A stretch of DNA of 64,000 nucleotides from an uncultured Nitrososphaerota archaeon (GTDB taxonomy: Archaea > Korarchaeota > Korarchaeia > Korarchaeales > Korarchaeaceae), in assembly GCA_964519515.1 (NCBI GenBank), contig CAZFIJ010000042.1, forward strand, positions 33-64,032. The letters are read 5' to 3'. Position numbers and translations under genes: made by a program. The first letter of the stretch is position 1; each line of letters opens with the position of its first letter. The notes beneath the pieces are model-generated. The model did no database searches, had not been told where the DNA came from, and was given only the letters and a program-made list of their open reading frames with translations. Shown here in pieces: positions 32,728 to 42,591 of the stretch.

Positions 32728-35139
32728 ATGATGAGGAAACTGTTGCCCCTGCTATTGATACTGCTGCTGTATAGCCAAGCTCGGATCTCAGCCGATGGTA
32801 TAAGGTATGGAGGAGATGCTATAGTCCTCATGGGGAGTGGCCCTGAATCCATCAGTAAGCTTTGTTCAGTGAGGCTCCTAAGTTTCATCAGCCCTAACGA
32901 GACCTCACCACTCATCGTTCAGAATAGTACTTTCAATAGAGTGGCATTCAACGGGACTCATTTGAGTTTCGTTTTAGAAAGGAACTCTACAGTTATCGCG
33001 AGCAAGGATTACGGAGTATCCTTTCTTCCCCCATTTCTGATCAGAGTTGAGAATGGGAAAATCGTTGAGGTCAATTACCTGAGCGATAAGGCTAGCTTCG
33101 GGAACTTCGAGTTGATTGAGGCGAAGAAAGGACAGAGCGCGAGGATATCCATAGATGGTGAGATAATCGAGGGATCGTGGATTCCGGAGTTCGAGGGATG
33201 GTTGCTCCGCAGGGAATGGAGTGCTCACATGGAACCATCTTACCTGCTTCTCTTCAACAACGGGACCTATGTCGCTTTCGGAGGAATAACTAAATCTTAT
33301 ACAAATTTCGTTACCCTAGAAAATATTAACCCCCAGTATTCGAGAGCTGAATTGTCACTCTTGAATAACTCCGCTTTCCTCAGGGCCTTTGGACCCTCTA
33401 TTAAGGTTAGGAAGGTCGATGCCGTAGGGCTGGAGGAAGGCCTCTTCGTATATGGCCGCGATAACATGTCCCTAATTGAAGTTAAATGCTCCGGCCCAGC
33501 AAACTTCAAGATAATAGACCCAAAATATTGTAATATTTGTGAATTTAATGGAAATGAATTTTACTTTGACTCCAACTTCAGTATTGCGCTCAATATAGAT
33601 TCACCGAGTGAGGTGATGAGCGGAAGCTCATTTCAAATCCTCGTGACTCCCCCTCAAGGATCAAGGGAAATCTCTATAGTTTTCGGGGATTCCTCGATCG
33701 TCCTGAGGAACATCAGCATACCGATGAGGGTTGAGATTAGAGCTCCTACAACTGAAAGAGAAGTTATGAATGACTTATTCATTACTGTAACGACAAACGA
33801 TGGTATCTTCGGATTAAGGAGGGGGATAAAGATACTGTCAACGTATACGGCACACCTCCTGAATTCGACTGAAGTTTACCTCTTAGGCGGGAGGGGATCT
33901 ATCTCTATAAAGGTTTATAACTTTGGTGACCTATACTCACAAATTTCTAGCGTTAGAATGGATTTATTAGGAAGTAAATCTGAAAAAATTCCGCTTAATT
34001 TTCCAATTTATTATCAAATACCTCCTAAATCATCCGTCACGATAAGCCTCCCCTTGGACATCCCGACCGGAGAGTACCTCGGGAGCATCCAGCTGAACTT
34101 AAGTGACTCAGTGAATAGGAGTTACTCCCTATCTCTGCAGAGTATCAGGATAATTTCGACCTCAGAGACTCCATTATCGATCTTAACACTCATATCTCCG
34201 GAGATCCCGAATGTCGGGGATGATGTCAGGCTCTCCCTCAGTTTGAGCTCCGCGATCCCATTGGAGAAGCTACTAGTGAACGTCAGCTCAGCGGGAATGG
34301 ACCCCATTTCGGATACCTCCAAGTTCCTGCTGAACATAAGCAAGGAGGAAGTTGTAAGATTGGAGTTCTCCTTCAGGGCTAAAAGTGTGGGACCATCTCA
34401 GATATTGATATCAGCCTATTACCTACCTAAGGGCTATTCAACCTATAGGACCGCGGTTAAGGAGGTTAAGATACCTATCGGTAATGTGGAGGGGATCGTC
34501 TACGCAGAGGTCAATGAGACGAACGTGAGAGTAGGTGAGAGCGTCGAATTGAAGGTAAGGGTTGAGGGTGTGAGCGGTGAAGTTACGATAGATTTTCCCA
34601 GAGGTACCTCTATAATCGAATCACAAGGAGCTGTGAGAGGAAATAAGGTGAGCGTATTGGCTCCAGCTGATGTGAGGATCGTATTGAGCTTCAACACAAC
34701 CGGTAATTTCACTTTACCCAGTTTCGCGATATTCAATGGGACCAGAGCCCTACCCATTAATGCTGTGCATGTGAACGTAGTGGGGGGATCGATGAATGAG
34801 AAGGAGAGATCCCTAAGAGCGAAGTTAGCTGAGCTCAATAGGAGGTATAAGACCTTAACTGAGGCATCTAGCAGCCTAGAATCTTCTGATCGTGAGCTCC
34901 TCGATAAAGTCAGCAGTTTATTGAGAGAAAGCGAGAATTTGATCAATAAGGGTATTTATTCTGATGCTGAGAAATCGCTGAGAGAAGCTGAGAATATCCT
35001 TTCAAGCTTAGAAGAGAGAGCTTATGGTTATATGAGTAGTCTAATCAACTTTCTGATGTATTTCATAATAGGAGCCGGCTTCTCGTCCCTCCTACTCATC
35101 TATAGAAGGCTGAGGAAGAGGCGTGCAGTTTGGAAGTAG
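32728..35139 (+). CDS. large secreted, C-terminally anchored glycoprotein (possible S-layer/cell-surface protein)
   Basis: ~800 aa. Signal peptide MMRKLLPLLLILLLYSQA, more than a dozen N-x-S/T sequons, beta-rich repeats, a C-terminal coiled-coil segment, then TM helix FLMYFIIGAGFSSLLLIY and a basic tail. The ORF is open from 32698. Confidence 0.6.
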   Translation: MMRKLLPLLLILLLYSQARISADGIRYGGDAIVLMGSGPESISKLCSVRLLSFISPNETSPLIVQNSTFNRVAFNGTHLSFVLERNSTVIASKDYGVSFLPPFLIRVENGKIVEVNYLSDKASFGNFELIEAKKGQSARISIDGEIIEGSWIPEFEGWLLRREWSAHMEPSYLLLFNNGTYVAFGGITKSYTNFVTLENINPQYSRAELSLLNNSAFLRAFGPSIKVRKVDAVGLEEGLFVYGRDNMSLIEVKCSGPANFKIIDPKYCNICEFNGNEFYFDSNFSIALNIDSPSEVMSGSSFQILVTPPQGSREISIVFGDSSIVLRNISIPMRVEIRAPTTEREVMNDLFITVTTNDGIFGLRRGIKILSTYTAHLLNSTEVYLLGGRGSISIKVYNFGDLYSQISSVRMDLLGSKSEKIPLNFPIYYQIPPKSSVTISLPLDIPTGEYLGSIQLNLSDSVNRSYSLSLQSIRIISTSETPLSILTLISPEIPNVGDDVRLSLSLSSAIPLEKLLVNVSSAGMDPISDTSKFLLNISKEEVVRLEFSFRAKSVGPSQILISAYYLPKGYSTYRTAVKEVKIPIGNVEGIVYAEVNETNVRVGESVELKVRVEGVSGEVTIDFPRGTSIIESQGAVRGNKVSVLAPADVRIVLSFNTTGNFTLPSFAIFNGTRALPINAVHVNVVGGSMNEKERSLRAKLAELNRRYKTLTEASSSLESSDRELLDKVSSLLRESENLINKGIYSDAEKSLREAENILSSLEERAYGYMSSLINFLMYFIIGAGFSSLLLIYRRLRKRRAVWK

Positions 35140-36176
35140 AGAGCTGGGCTAAGAGAGCTGCAATCACTATAGAGGAGTCCCTTAAGAATAGTGAAAAGAT
35201 CGCGATAATACTACCGCCAACGCCCGACGGGATATCTTCCTCCGTGATACTCTCTGAATTATGCTCCCAGCTTGGTGTTGACTCTGAATTCGTTGTCTCC
35301 CTTCCAGAGACATTCCTAGATGTGATCGAGCACTTAATAGGGAAGTTCGATCACTTGATCTTTTTGGAACTCCCGCCTCATGGTCCCGGGCCTATCTCCA
35401 TCGCAAAGGAACTATTCAAGAGGTTAATTGCCATCGATCATGGATCTTCGGATCTACCGCAAGATGTCCTCAGGGTGAGATTTGACTATGGGGGTATTTG
35501 CACTAGCCTCTTGCTCTACATGATCTCCTCACAGATCGGGAGAGATAATGAGTACCTCTCATGGATAGCGGTATCTGGCTTTAGGAATAAGTGCACTTCT
35601 AAGATATGCGAATCCGTTAAAGAGAGATCTCAGCTTTACTGGCCCGACTTAGTTGAAGAGGCAAGTATAGATCTCATCCAGAGGATGCTGTTAGCGGCAT
35701 CTTTCGAGGGGGAGGAGTGGATAATGATGGCTATCTCCTCCCTTCAGGAGTCGGCGGAAGATCCTTGGTGGTTTATAAGAGGAAGCTCTGTAACTGCGAG
35801 CTTATTGAGGTCGAAGGTACCTGAAGTCGAGGCTAAGGTCAGAGACTCCTTAAGCGAGCCCTTCCTCCTCGATGGTTCGGTTGGCATCTGGGAAGTCGAT
35901 GAGCCTCATCAAAGATTTGTGCTCTCAATAGAGGCCAGGAGATTCGTAGATGTAGCGATGACATTCTTCTATGATCCCCCACTCGGCCTCGTTTATATCT
36001 CAGCCCCGCATTATATCGACTTATACTCTGAGGCCATTGGATTACTCAGGGGGGAGTCGGAATGGTCGGCTTTCGGGGGAAGGGGTTTCCTGTCGATGAT
36101 ATTAGACTCCGAAAGGATGATTTCTGTGCTCATGAGTTTCAAGGATAGGTTAAATGGTATATTGGGAAGGGCCTGA
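35130..36176 (+). CDS. DHH/DHHA1-superfamily (RecJ/Cdc45-like) protein with degenerate catalytic motifs
   Basis: 348 aa. Motif I-like IAIILPPTPDGISSSVIL, motif III-like LIAIDHGSS (DHG instead of DHH), and DHHA1-like AFGGRGFLS (GGRG instead of GGGH). The TTG start overlaps the upstream stop. Confidence 0.45.
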   Translation: MEVESWAKRAAITIEESLKNSEKIAIILPPTPDGISSSVILSELCSQLGVDSEFVVSLPETFLDVIEHLIGKFDHLIFLELPPHGPGPISIAKELFKRLIAIDHGSSDLPQDVLRVRFDYGGICTSLLLYMISSQIGRDNEYLSWIAVSGFRNKCTSKICESVKERSQLYWPDLVEEASIDLIQRMLLAASFEGEEWIMMAISSLQESAEDPWWFIRGSSVTASLLRSKVPEVEAKVRDSLSEPFLLDGSVGIWEVDEPHQRFVLSIEARRFVDVAMTFFYDPPLGLVYISAPHYIDLYSEAIGLLRGESEWSAFGGRGFLSMILDSERMISVLMSFKDRLNGILGRA

Positions 36177-36564
36177 AAACATTATATCTTCTTGGGCGGT
36201 GTCTTGCTGGGATGCTCTGGGAGGATGGGATGGTTTGCCGATTAGGGTGGCCGTCGCTACAGATGATGGTAAGAGCTTATATGATAAGCTCTTCCATAGT
36301 GCAAAATTCTTCGCAATATATGACATTTTAGGAAGAAGCCCTACAAAAGTAGAGATGAGAGTCAACACAAGGAGGGAGAGTAAGAGCGCTGCCTCCGTCC
36401 TCGAGATATTGAGGGATTGCGAGGTCCTCGTCGCTAAGAAATTTGACTCAAAACTGAAGGAATTAGTGGAGGCCAGAGGAATAATAACAGTGGAAACCGC
36501 CAAAGATGACGTTGAATCCGCTGTGCTTGAGGTCGCTGAGAACATATCGAGGCTAAGCGAATGA
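36154..36564 (+). CDS. NifX/NifB-C-terminal-like (dinitrogenase FeMo-cofactor-binding fold, PF02579-like) small protein
   Basis: IRVAVATDDGKSLYDKLFHSAKFFAIYDI matches the family N-terminus (M.IAV.s.dg...HFG.a..F.iyd). The real start is probably an internal TTG/GTG near 36234-36246. Confidence 0.55.
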   Translation: MVYWEGPENIISSWAVSCWDALGGWDGLPIRVAVATDDGKSLYDKLFHSAKFFAIYDILGRSPTKVEMRVNTRRESKSAASVLEILRDCEVLVAKKFDSKLKELVEARGIITVETAKDDVESAVLEVAENISRLSE

Positions 36565-36651
36565 TGTTAATTTTGGATTCCAGCGAATCCCTTTCATATG
36601 AGAAGAACGCATGGCTCATTGAACACCACTCGGATCCATGGAGGTTTATCG

Positions 36652-37401
36652 ATGGGTGTGCCCATTAAAAGCGTTGATTGGAAGGAGAGGGAGATCTTCT
36701 CAGGATTGAGGGTCCCCTCTGATGCTCCGGTGATGGTGAGGATAGACGGCTGGAGGTTCCACAAGGTAGCGGATGAACTTGGATTAGAGAGACCATTCGA
36801 TCGGAGATTAATAGAAGCGCTTATTCAGGCTCCTCTCTCTTTGATGAGGATAGGATTCCCTTTAGCATTGTCCTTCGCTTTCTCTGACGAGATCTCGTTC
36901 CTCATATATCCTCCGATCCCATGGAACGGGAGAGTCGAGAAACTTATAAGTGTGATCCCTTCCCATTCCTCAGCTGTTGTTTCAATGATTTTGAATTATC
37001 CAGTGTGTTTTGATGCAAGAATAATCATTCTAAGGGATTTAGATGAGATCCTCGGTTACCTCAGTTGGAGACAATCCGAAGCATGGAGGAATGCCCTCAA
37101 TTCCTACGCGTTACTTGCCCTGGAGAGATCTGGGATGAAAAGGGAGGATGCCGTCAAGGAACTGAGGAATAAGAAAGCAGATAGTCTCCATGATATTATA
37201 TTCACTAAATTGGGGGTAAATATTGCTACGATACCTTCCTGGCAGAGGAGGGGCGTGATCGTCAGGAAGAGACACGAAGAAAAACCTTGTGAATCGGGAA
37301 AAGTCGTTAGAAGGGTTCCTGAAGTCGATTGGGATGTCCCCTTATTTTCGACACCTGAGGGAAGGGATTACTTATTAGAAGCCCTCAAGGCCCTTGAGTG
37401 A
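36652..37401 (+). CDS. tRNA(His) guanylyltransferase Thg1-like protein (3'-5' nucleotidyltransferase)
   Basis: VMVRIDGWRFHKV and LSFAFSDEISFLI match the Thg1 catalytic Asp/Glu blocks. The ORF is open from 36598; the ATG at 36652 gives the usual N-terminus. Confidence 0.8.
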   Translation: MGVPIKSVDWKEREIFSGLRVPSDAPVMVRIDGWRFHKVADELGLERPFDRRLIEALIQAPLSLMRIGFPLALSFAFSDEISFLIYPPIPWNGRVEKLISVIPSHSSAVVSMILNYPVCFDARIIILRDLDEILGYLSWRQSEAWRNALNSYALLALERSGMKREDAVKELRNKKADSLHDIIFTKLGVNIATIPSWQRRGVIVRKRHEEKPCESGKVVRRVPEVDWDVPLFSTPEGRDYLLEALKALE

Positions 37402-37441
37402 TAATTTTTAGTATCTAGATGGAGAGGTAGTAGGTGATGAT

Positions 37442-37945
37442 ATGCTCATAGGGGTGATCTCAGACTCTCATGATGATATAGAGGCCATTGAAAGAGCTCT
37501 GGAGATCTTTCAGAGGATAGGCATTGATGAAGTGATTCATCTAGGCGATCTCATCTCTCCATTTGCGCTGATCCCGATTTTAAACTCAGGAATACCATTT
37601 AGGATCCTCAGGGGTAATAATGATTCGGAAGTGTTGGTAGCTCTCATGATCAGAGAGGGAGGTATCTATCATCCCAGCCCCGTTGAACTCGAAATCAATG
37701 GAAAGAGATTACTAATTTTTCACGGATTCGGAGAGAAAGATCTGACGAAGTTTGTCGCGATATCTCTAGCTAGAAGCGGGAGGTTTGATTTCATACTTTA
37801 TGGACATACCCACGAGGTCCATGTCGAGGAAGTAAACGGGACCTTCGTCGTGAACCCTGGAGAGGCTTGCGGTAAGCTAACTGGGAGAAGAACGATTGTT
37901 GTTGTAGACACTGAAGAGAAAAAAGTTGAGGTATTTGACTTATAA
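37442..37945 (+). CDS. MJ0936/YfcE-family metallophosphoesterase
   Basis: 167 aa. The motifs VISDSHDD, LGDLISP, RGNNDS and YGHTH appear in the canonical order. Confidence 0.85.
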   Translation: MLIGVISDSHDDIEAIERALEIFQRIGIDEVIHLGDLISPFALIPILNSGIPFRILRGNNDSEVLVALMIREGGIYHPSPVELEINGKRLLIFHGFGEKDLTKFVAISLARSGRFDFILYGHTHEVHVEEVNGTFVVNPGEACGKLTGRRTIVVVDTEEKKVEVFDL

Positions 37946-39109
37946 GGACGAGATATATTCCCTTATTCTCCTCATTCCCTCTCTTATATCTTCCATGGGA
38001 CCCGCAAAAGAGATCCTCAAGTATCCCTCACCGGCATCTCCGAAAGCAGTTCCCGAGAGAAGAGCTACTCCAGCTTCACGTAAAAGTCTATCTGCGAGCT
38101 CGTCCGATGAAAATCCAGTCCTCTTTATGTTTGGAAATGCATAAAATGTTCCTGCAGGTTTAAGCATGCTGAATCCCTTTATCCTAGATATTTCGTCGTA
38201 TATAACATCCCTCTTCCTCTCGTAATCCCTAATCATCTCATATACTTCCTCCTGGGGTCCCCTTATAGCATGTATAGCTGCAACTTGAGCGAAATGCGCG
38301 GGACAGGAGGATGTATTGAGCTGCACTTGAGCTATCTTATCCACGAACTCCTTCTTTCCGACAGCATACCCTAATCTGTAACCTGTCATGGCCCATGTCT
38401 TACTGAACCCGCTTATCATTATAGAGACCTCTTCAGCCCCCGGGATCGATAATATACTCTCATGTTTCCTACCATCGAATATTATATCCTCATAGATCTC
38501 ATCAGATATCACTAAGATGTCCCTCTCCCTCGCTAGCTTAACTATCTCCTCCAAATCTCTCCTACTGTAGACGGCTCCAGTTGGGTTAGAGGGTGTATTT
38601 ATCACTATAGCCTTAGTCCTGCTCGAAACCTCCTTCACTATGTCATCTATGCTTGGGGAGAAGCCTCTCTCCTCCTTCAGGACTACGGGTCTCACAACGC
38701 CTCCTATAAACTTAGTCACGCTTTCGTAAGTTGGGTAAGCTGGCATAGGGATTATCACTTCATCCCCTGGATCTATGAATGACATAAGAGCACCAAATAT
38801 CGCGAGTTTGGCACCTGTAGTAACTACGACATTTTCAGGTTTAATCTCTATACCTCTAGTTTCAGAAACTCTCTCAGCTATAGCTTCCCTCAGCTCATAG
38901 ATCCCCGCAGATGGAGTATATTTTGTCATACCACTTTCTATTGCCTTCTTCGTCGCCTCCACCACATGTTTAGGTGGATTGTATCCCGGTTCCCCTATCT
39001 CCAGATGTACTATATGCTTTCCCTCTCTCTCCAGCTCCCTAGCTTTTGCTAGGACTATGAAAGCTCCCTCAACACCAAGACTACTCATCCTAGATGCGAA
39101 CTCAGGCAC
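37940..39109 (-). CDS. class I/II pyridoxal-phosphate aminotransferase (aspartate aminotransferase family)
   Basis: 389 aa. HLEIGEPGYNPP, NTPSNPTGAVY and the PLP-lysine motif SGFSKTWAMTGYRLGY. Confidence 0.85.
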   Translation of the reverse strand: MPEFASRMSSLGVEGAFIVLAKARELEREGKHIVHLEIGEPGYNPPKHVVEATKKAIESGMTKYTPSAGIYELREAIAERVSETRGIEIKPENVVVTTGAKLAIFGALMSFIDPGDEVIIPMPAYPTYESVTKFIGGVVRPVVLKEERGFSPSIDDIVKEVSSRTKAIVINTPSNPTGAVYSRRDLEEIVKLARERDILVISDEIYEDIIFDGRKHESILSIPGAEEVSIMISGFSKTWAMTGYRLGYAVGKKEFVDKIAQVQLNTSSCPAHFAQVAAIHAIRGPQEEVYEMIRDYERKRDVIYDEISRIKGFSMLKPAGTFYAFPNIKRTGFSSDELADRLLREAGVALLSGTAFGDAGEGYLRISFAGPMEDIREGMRRIREYISSL

Positions 39110-39136
39110 GGGATCCCTCCATAATACCCCATATAT

Positions 39137-40159
39137 TTAATTAAAACTTTTGCTCGGACTGGAGGAGGAGAGCAGGACCACATAAGCTAAGAGCCCGAAG
39201 AAGAGTTCATTTAGAAATACAGTTATCGTAGATGATGTTAGTGTTATCGCAAGTGCCTCCCCACTGCTCAGTCCTATTATCGTCAATAGTGCGGCCATCA
39301 CCCATTCCCTAACGCCTACATTCCCTGGGATCCCTATAGGGATCAGGATGAGTATTATAGATACTGAGTAGATGAGTATGCCCAAAAGGGGGTCCAGATT
39401 ATGGCCTAATGCGTGAAAATAGATGAAGATAGGGAGCATATCGAAGAGCCAGTTGAGGAAAGCGCATACCATCGTGATCGAGAGGAGGGGCTTATTCGAT
39501 ATCAAATACTTGAAGGAGGAGACATATTCCTTTGCCATCTTCCTGCTACTCTCCAAGTTTCTCTTGAGGACTCTCTCTACTATTGAGATCACTCTCTCTA
39601 TGTAATCCTCCCTCAGGCTGATCTTGTATATGATGTAGAAGATCAAGGTCAGGAGTATTACCGGCAGTAATATAACAGTTGCATCGCCCTTGAAAGCGAA
39701 ACTCATTAAATAGGAGAAGCCAAGAGTTATGCTAACTATGAAAGGAACTATCATGACTATTCTATGGACTATTATAGAGGAGAGTGCTTCAGCCGGGCTT
39801 ATGCCATTTCTCTTACTCACTAGGTATATCCTAGCTATTTCTCCACTTGTAGAGGCTGTTGGAATCAATAAGCTCACGAATAGACTCACCCACCCTATCA
39901 AGAAGGCCTCCCTGAACGACACTCGCCTCCCTAAGAGGAAATACCATCCTAAAATGTAGAAGAGGACTCCTATATGTATCGAAGCGAAAGCCAAGATTAT
40001 GGGTACTATGCCAATCGCAGCCATCCTTTCCGCAGCTGATTTGAAGTCAAAAGCGATGAGAAGGGGTATCGTCAGGACCAGTCCTATTAGGATGAGTATC
40101 ACATTTTTTCTCCCAATCCTCGGAATTTCCCTCTGATTCTCCATTTTTACCACCTTCAT
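39137..40159 (-). CDS. polytopic membrane protein, UPF0104/lysylphosphatidylglycerol-synthase-TM-region-like (flippase-like) family
   Basis: 340 aa with ~8 predicted TM helices. The family assignment comes from overall pattern only. Confidence 0.45.
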   Translation of the reverse strand: MKVVKMENQREIPRIGRKNVILILIGLVLTIPLLIAFDFKSAAERMAAIGIVPIILAFASIHIGVLFYILGWYFLLGRRVSFREAFLIGWVSLFVSLLIPTASTSGEIARIYLVSKRNGISPAEALSSIIVHRIVMIVPFIVSITLGFSYLMSFAFKGDATVILLPVILLTLIFYIIYKISLREDYIERVISIVERVLKRNLESSRKMAKEYVSSFKYLISNKPLLSITMVCAFLNWLFDMLPIFIYFHALGHNLDPLLGILIYSVSIILILIPIGIPGNVGVREWVMAALLTIIGLSSGEALAITLTSSTITVFLNELFFGLLAYVVLLSSSSPSKSFN

Positions 40160-41061
40160 TTCCCATAGAATATTAGTTTCATCGTCTGTATCTCATCCCA
40201 AGTTGGCAGGCTATCTATACCACTCGGCCTCGAGACCTTTATCGTTGAGGCAGCGTTCGCGAGTTTCAAGCAATCATCTATTGAGAATCCCCTCCTCCTG
40301 GCCTTGAGATATACTGCTGCGAATATATCACCAGCTCCGGTCGTATCCACTACTTTGACCGGGATCGCATCGACACGATGGGCCTCACCATCTACATACG
40401 CTAGAGAGCCTTTAGATCCCATTTTTATCACTACTTCCTTAGGTCCTTCTTTCGCTATTTTAGCAGCACAGTCTATAGGATCTCTCTCCCCTGAGAGCTC
40501 TTGGGCCTCTTTCTCGTTCAGGAAAATTTTTCCAGTCTTCCCGAGGAGTGACCAGATCTTATGCTTGTACTTCACGATCATCCTCATCCCGGGATCCCAA
40601 GAGGCCTCTCTCATCTCTAGGACGGATTCTGCTATCTCAGGCCTCACAGTCGCCATATGGACTTCATCAGCTGAAGATATGAGTTCCCTCCTTTCCGAGA
40701 TATCTGAAGGTGAGAGCTCCTCATTTGCCCCTGAGCTCTGTATCATCCTCCTATCCTCACCTAGCACGTTCAGTATGAGGACGAGGCCCGTCCTAACGCC
40801 CTCAACTATTTTTATGTAAGATGTGTTAACATTTCCCCTCCTCAATGCCTCCAAGTAGAATTTACCGAGTTCATCGTTCCCAAGCGATGCGATTACGTAG
40901 GACTCGATGCCTATCTTAGCTGCTGCCATAGCGAAGTTAGATGCTGCCCCTCCAGAACTAATAGTGATAGCTAGAGCATCTAGCGATTCATCCTGCCCGG
41001 GTATGGTCTCTAAGAATACCTTTATGTCGACATTCGCATTGCCTATTGCTACAAACCTCAT
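40156..41061 (-). CDS. PfkB-family carbohydrate/nucleoside kinase
   Basis: 301 aa. GGAASNFA and the C-terminal signature VVDTTGAGDIFAA. Confidence 0.85.
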   Translation of the reverse strand: MRFVAIGNANVDIKVFLETIPGQDESLDALAITISSGGAASNFAMAAAKIGIESYVIASLGNDELGKFYLEALRRGNVNTSYIKIVEGVRTGLVLILNVLGEDRRMIQSSGANEELSPSDISERRELISSADEVHMATVRPEIAESVLEMREASWDPGMRMIVKYKHKIWSLLGKTGKIFLNEKEAQELSGERDPIDCAAKIAKEGPKEVVIKMGSKGSLAYVDGEAHRVDAIPVKVVDTTGAGDIFAAVYLKARRRGFSIDDCLKLANAASTIKVSRPSGIDSLPTWDEIQTMKLIFYGK

Positions 41062-41633
41062 CCTCTCTCCCCCAATTTGTTGAGCAATATATTAAGGATT
41101 TCCTCCGAGATCTCCTCCTCCTCCCTCCCGGCATCTATTAGGTACGTTATAGAGCTCCAAGGCTCCACTCTGATGAGCTTAAGGTAATTCTCTCTCACGA
41201 TGCTCAGGAAATCTAATGAATGATATATTTCCTTATTTTCAATCCTATTGATAGCAATGTCGGGGCTTATATCAAGGTAAAAAACTATATCCGGTAATCC
41301 AGCCCATCTATTGATCTCATTTATCCATTGAATAGGGAGGAAAACTCCCTGATAAGCTAGCGAAGATAGCAAATATCTATCCAAGATTATTATTCCATCC
41401 ATTTTCAAACTTCTCATATGCTCGATCCTATCCGCTGCGAAGAGAAGGGCTATCGTCTTCTGGTCGAGCTCTATCTCCCCTTTAAGTGCCCTCTTCAGTA
41501 TCTTCCCTATTTCCCCATCAGTTGGCTCCTTAGTGTAAATCGCTCTCATACCAAGCTCCGTTAGCTTATTGAACAATCTTCTGCTCTGAGTCGTCTTTCC
41601 GGCCCCATCTATCCCCTCGAATGCTACTAACAT
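41058..41633 (-). CDS. tmk: thymidylate kinase
   Basis: 191 aa. P-loop FEGIDGAGKTTQ and LDRYLLSSLAYQG. Confidence 0.85.
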   Translation of the reverse strand: MLVAFEGIDGAGKTTQSRRLFNKLTELGMRAIYTKEPTDGEIGKILKRALKGEIELDQKTIALLFAADRIEHMRSLKMDGIIILDRYLLSSLAYQGVFLPIQWINEINRWAGLPDIVFYLDISPDIAINRIENKEIYHSLDFLSIVRENYLKLIRVEPWSSITYLIDAGREEEEISEEILNILLNKLGERG

Positions 41634-41685
41634 CCTGCCTTACCCCACCGCTTAATTTTTAACTGCTAAGCATTGAATAGCCTAT

Positions 41686-42591
41686 ATGCTAGTAGTGGGT
41701 CCGGAAGACGAATTCAACATCGAACTCTCAAGGAGACTTGAAACGAGGCTTGTGCCAATTGAGAGAAGAGTATTTCCCGATGGGGAGGTATGCCCCAGGG
41801 TCCTGGGCAACGTGAATGGGGAAGATATCTTACTCTCTATGAGGATGAAAGCAGGAAGTTGTCGGCCGAACAGCTATCTAATCGAGATTCTCTTCACATT
41901 AAGGAACCTCAAGGAGCATATGGGAGCTAAATCAATATATCTATTGATGCCCTATTTCCCCTACTCGAGACAGGATGCTATATTCAGGGAGGGGGAGCCG
42001 TTCTCCTCGAAGTACGTAGCTGAGCTCTTGGAGGATTCTGGTGTTGATGAGGTCATCACGATCACAGCACACCTCCACAGGGTGAGCGATACGAGGGCAC
42101 TCTTCAATAGGACCGACTTCTATAACTTAAGCGGGTTCGAATCCCTCGCTAAGGAGCTCAAGAGGATCCCCCTGAGGGATCCTTTCATCCTCGGACCAGA
42201 TACTGAGAGCATAAACTGGGCTAGGGAGCTGGCTGAGTACTACGGAACGGAGGAATTCGATTCATTCGGGAAGGAGAGAGATGTCAGCTCAGGGGAGATA
42301 AGGACTCTAGTTAAGGAACTCAAGCTCGAGGGGAGGGATGTTATCTTAGTCGATGACATGGTCTCCACCGGAGGGACTATGGCTAATGCCATCAGATCAG
42401 CTAAGATGATGGGCGCCAGGCTCCTCATAGCTGCTTTCGTCCACCCCGTGATGGTCCCTGGTTCCCTGGAAAGGATATTAGGAGCGGGAGCCGATATTAT
42501 AGTGGCAACCGATACGCTCGAATGGTCTGGATCGAGAGCGAGCGTCGTGCCCACAATAGCTTCAGCCTTAAGAGGGGGTGTTTCCACTTGA
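41686..42591 (+). CDS. prs: ribose-phosphate pyrophosphokinase
   Basis: 301 aa. YFPYSRQD and PRPP-binding loop VILVDDMVSTGGT. Confidence 0.9.
   Translation: MLVVGPEDEFNIELSRRLETRLVPIERRVFPDGEVCPRVLGNVNGEDILLSMRMKAGSCRPNSYLIEILFTLRNLKEHMGAKSIYLLMPYFPYSRQDAIFREGEPFSSKYVAELLEDSGVDEVITITAHLHRVSDTRALFNRTDFYNLSGFESLAKELKRIPLRDPFILGPDTESINWARELAEYYGTEEFDSFGKERDVSSGEIRTLVKELKLEGRDVILVDDMVSTGGTMANAIRSAKMMGARLLIAAFVHPVMVPGSLERILGAGADIIVATDTLEWSGSRASVVPTIASALRGGVST

Noticed and set aside
42133-42145. GGGTTCGAATCCC, a tRNA T-arm-like sequence. A similar GATTCGAATCC occurs near 6440.
   Set aside because: Both are inside well-supported coding frames (prs, gatE). Neither is flanked by acceptor, D or anticodon arm pairings. 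No tRNA gene could be assembled anywhere in the window.
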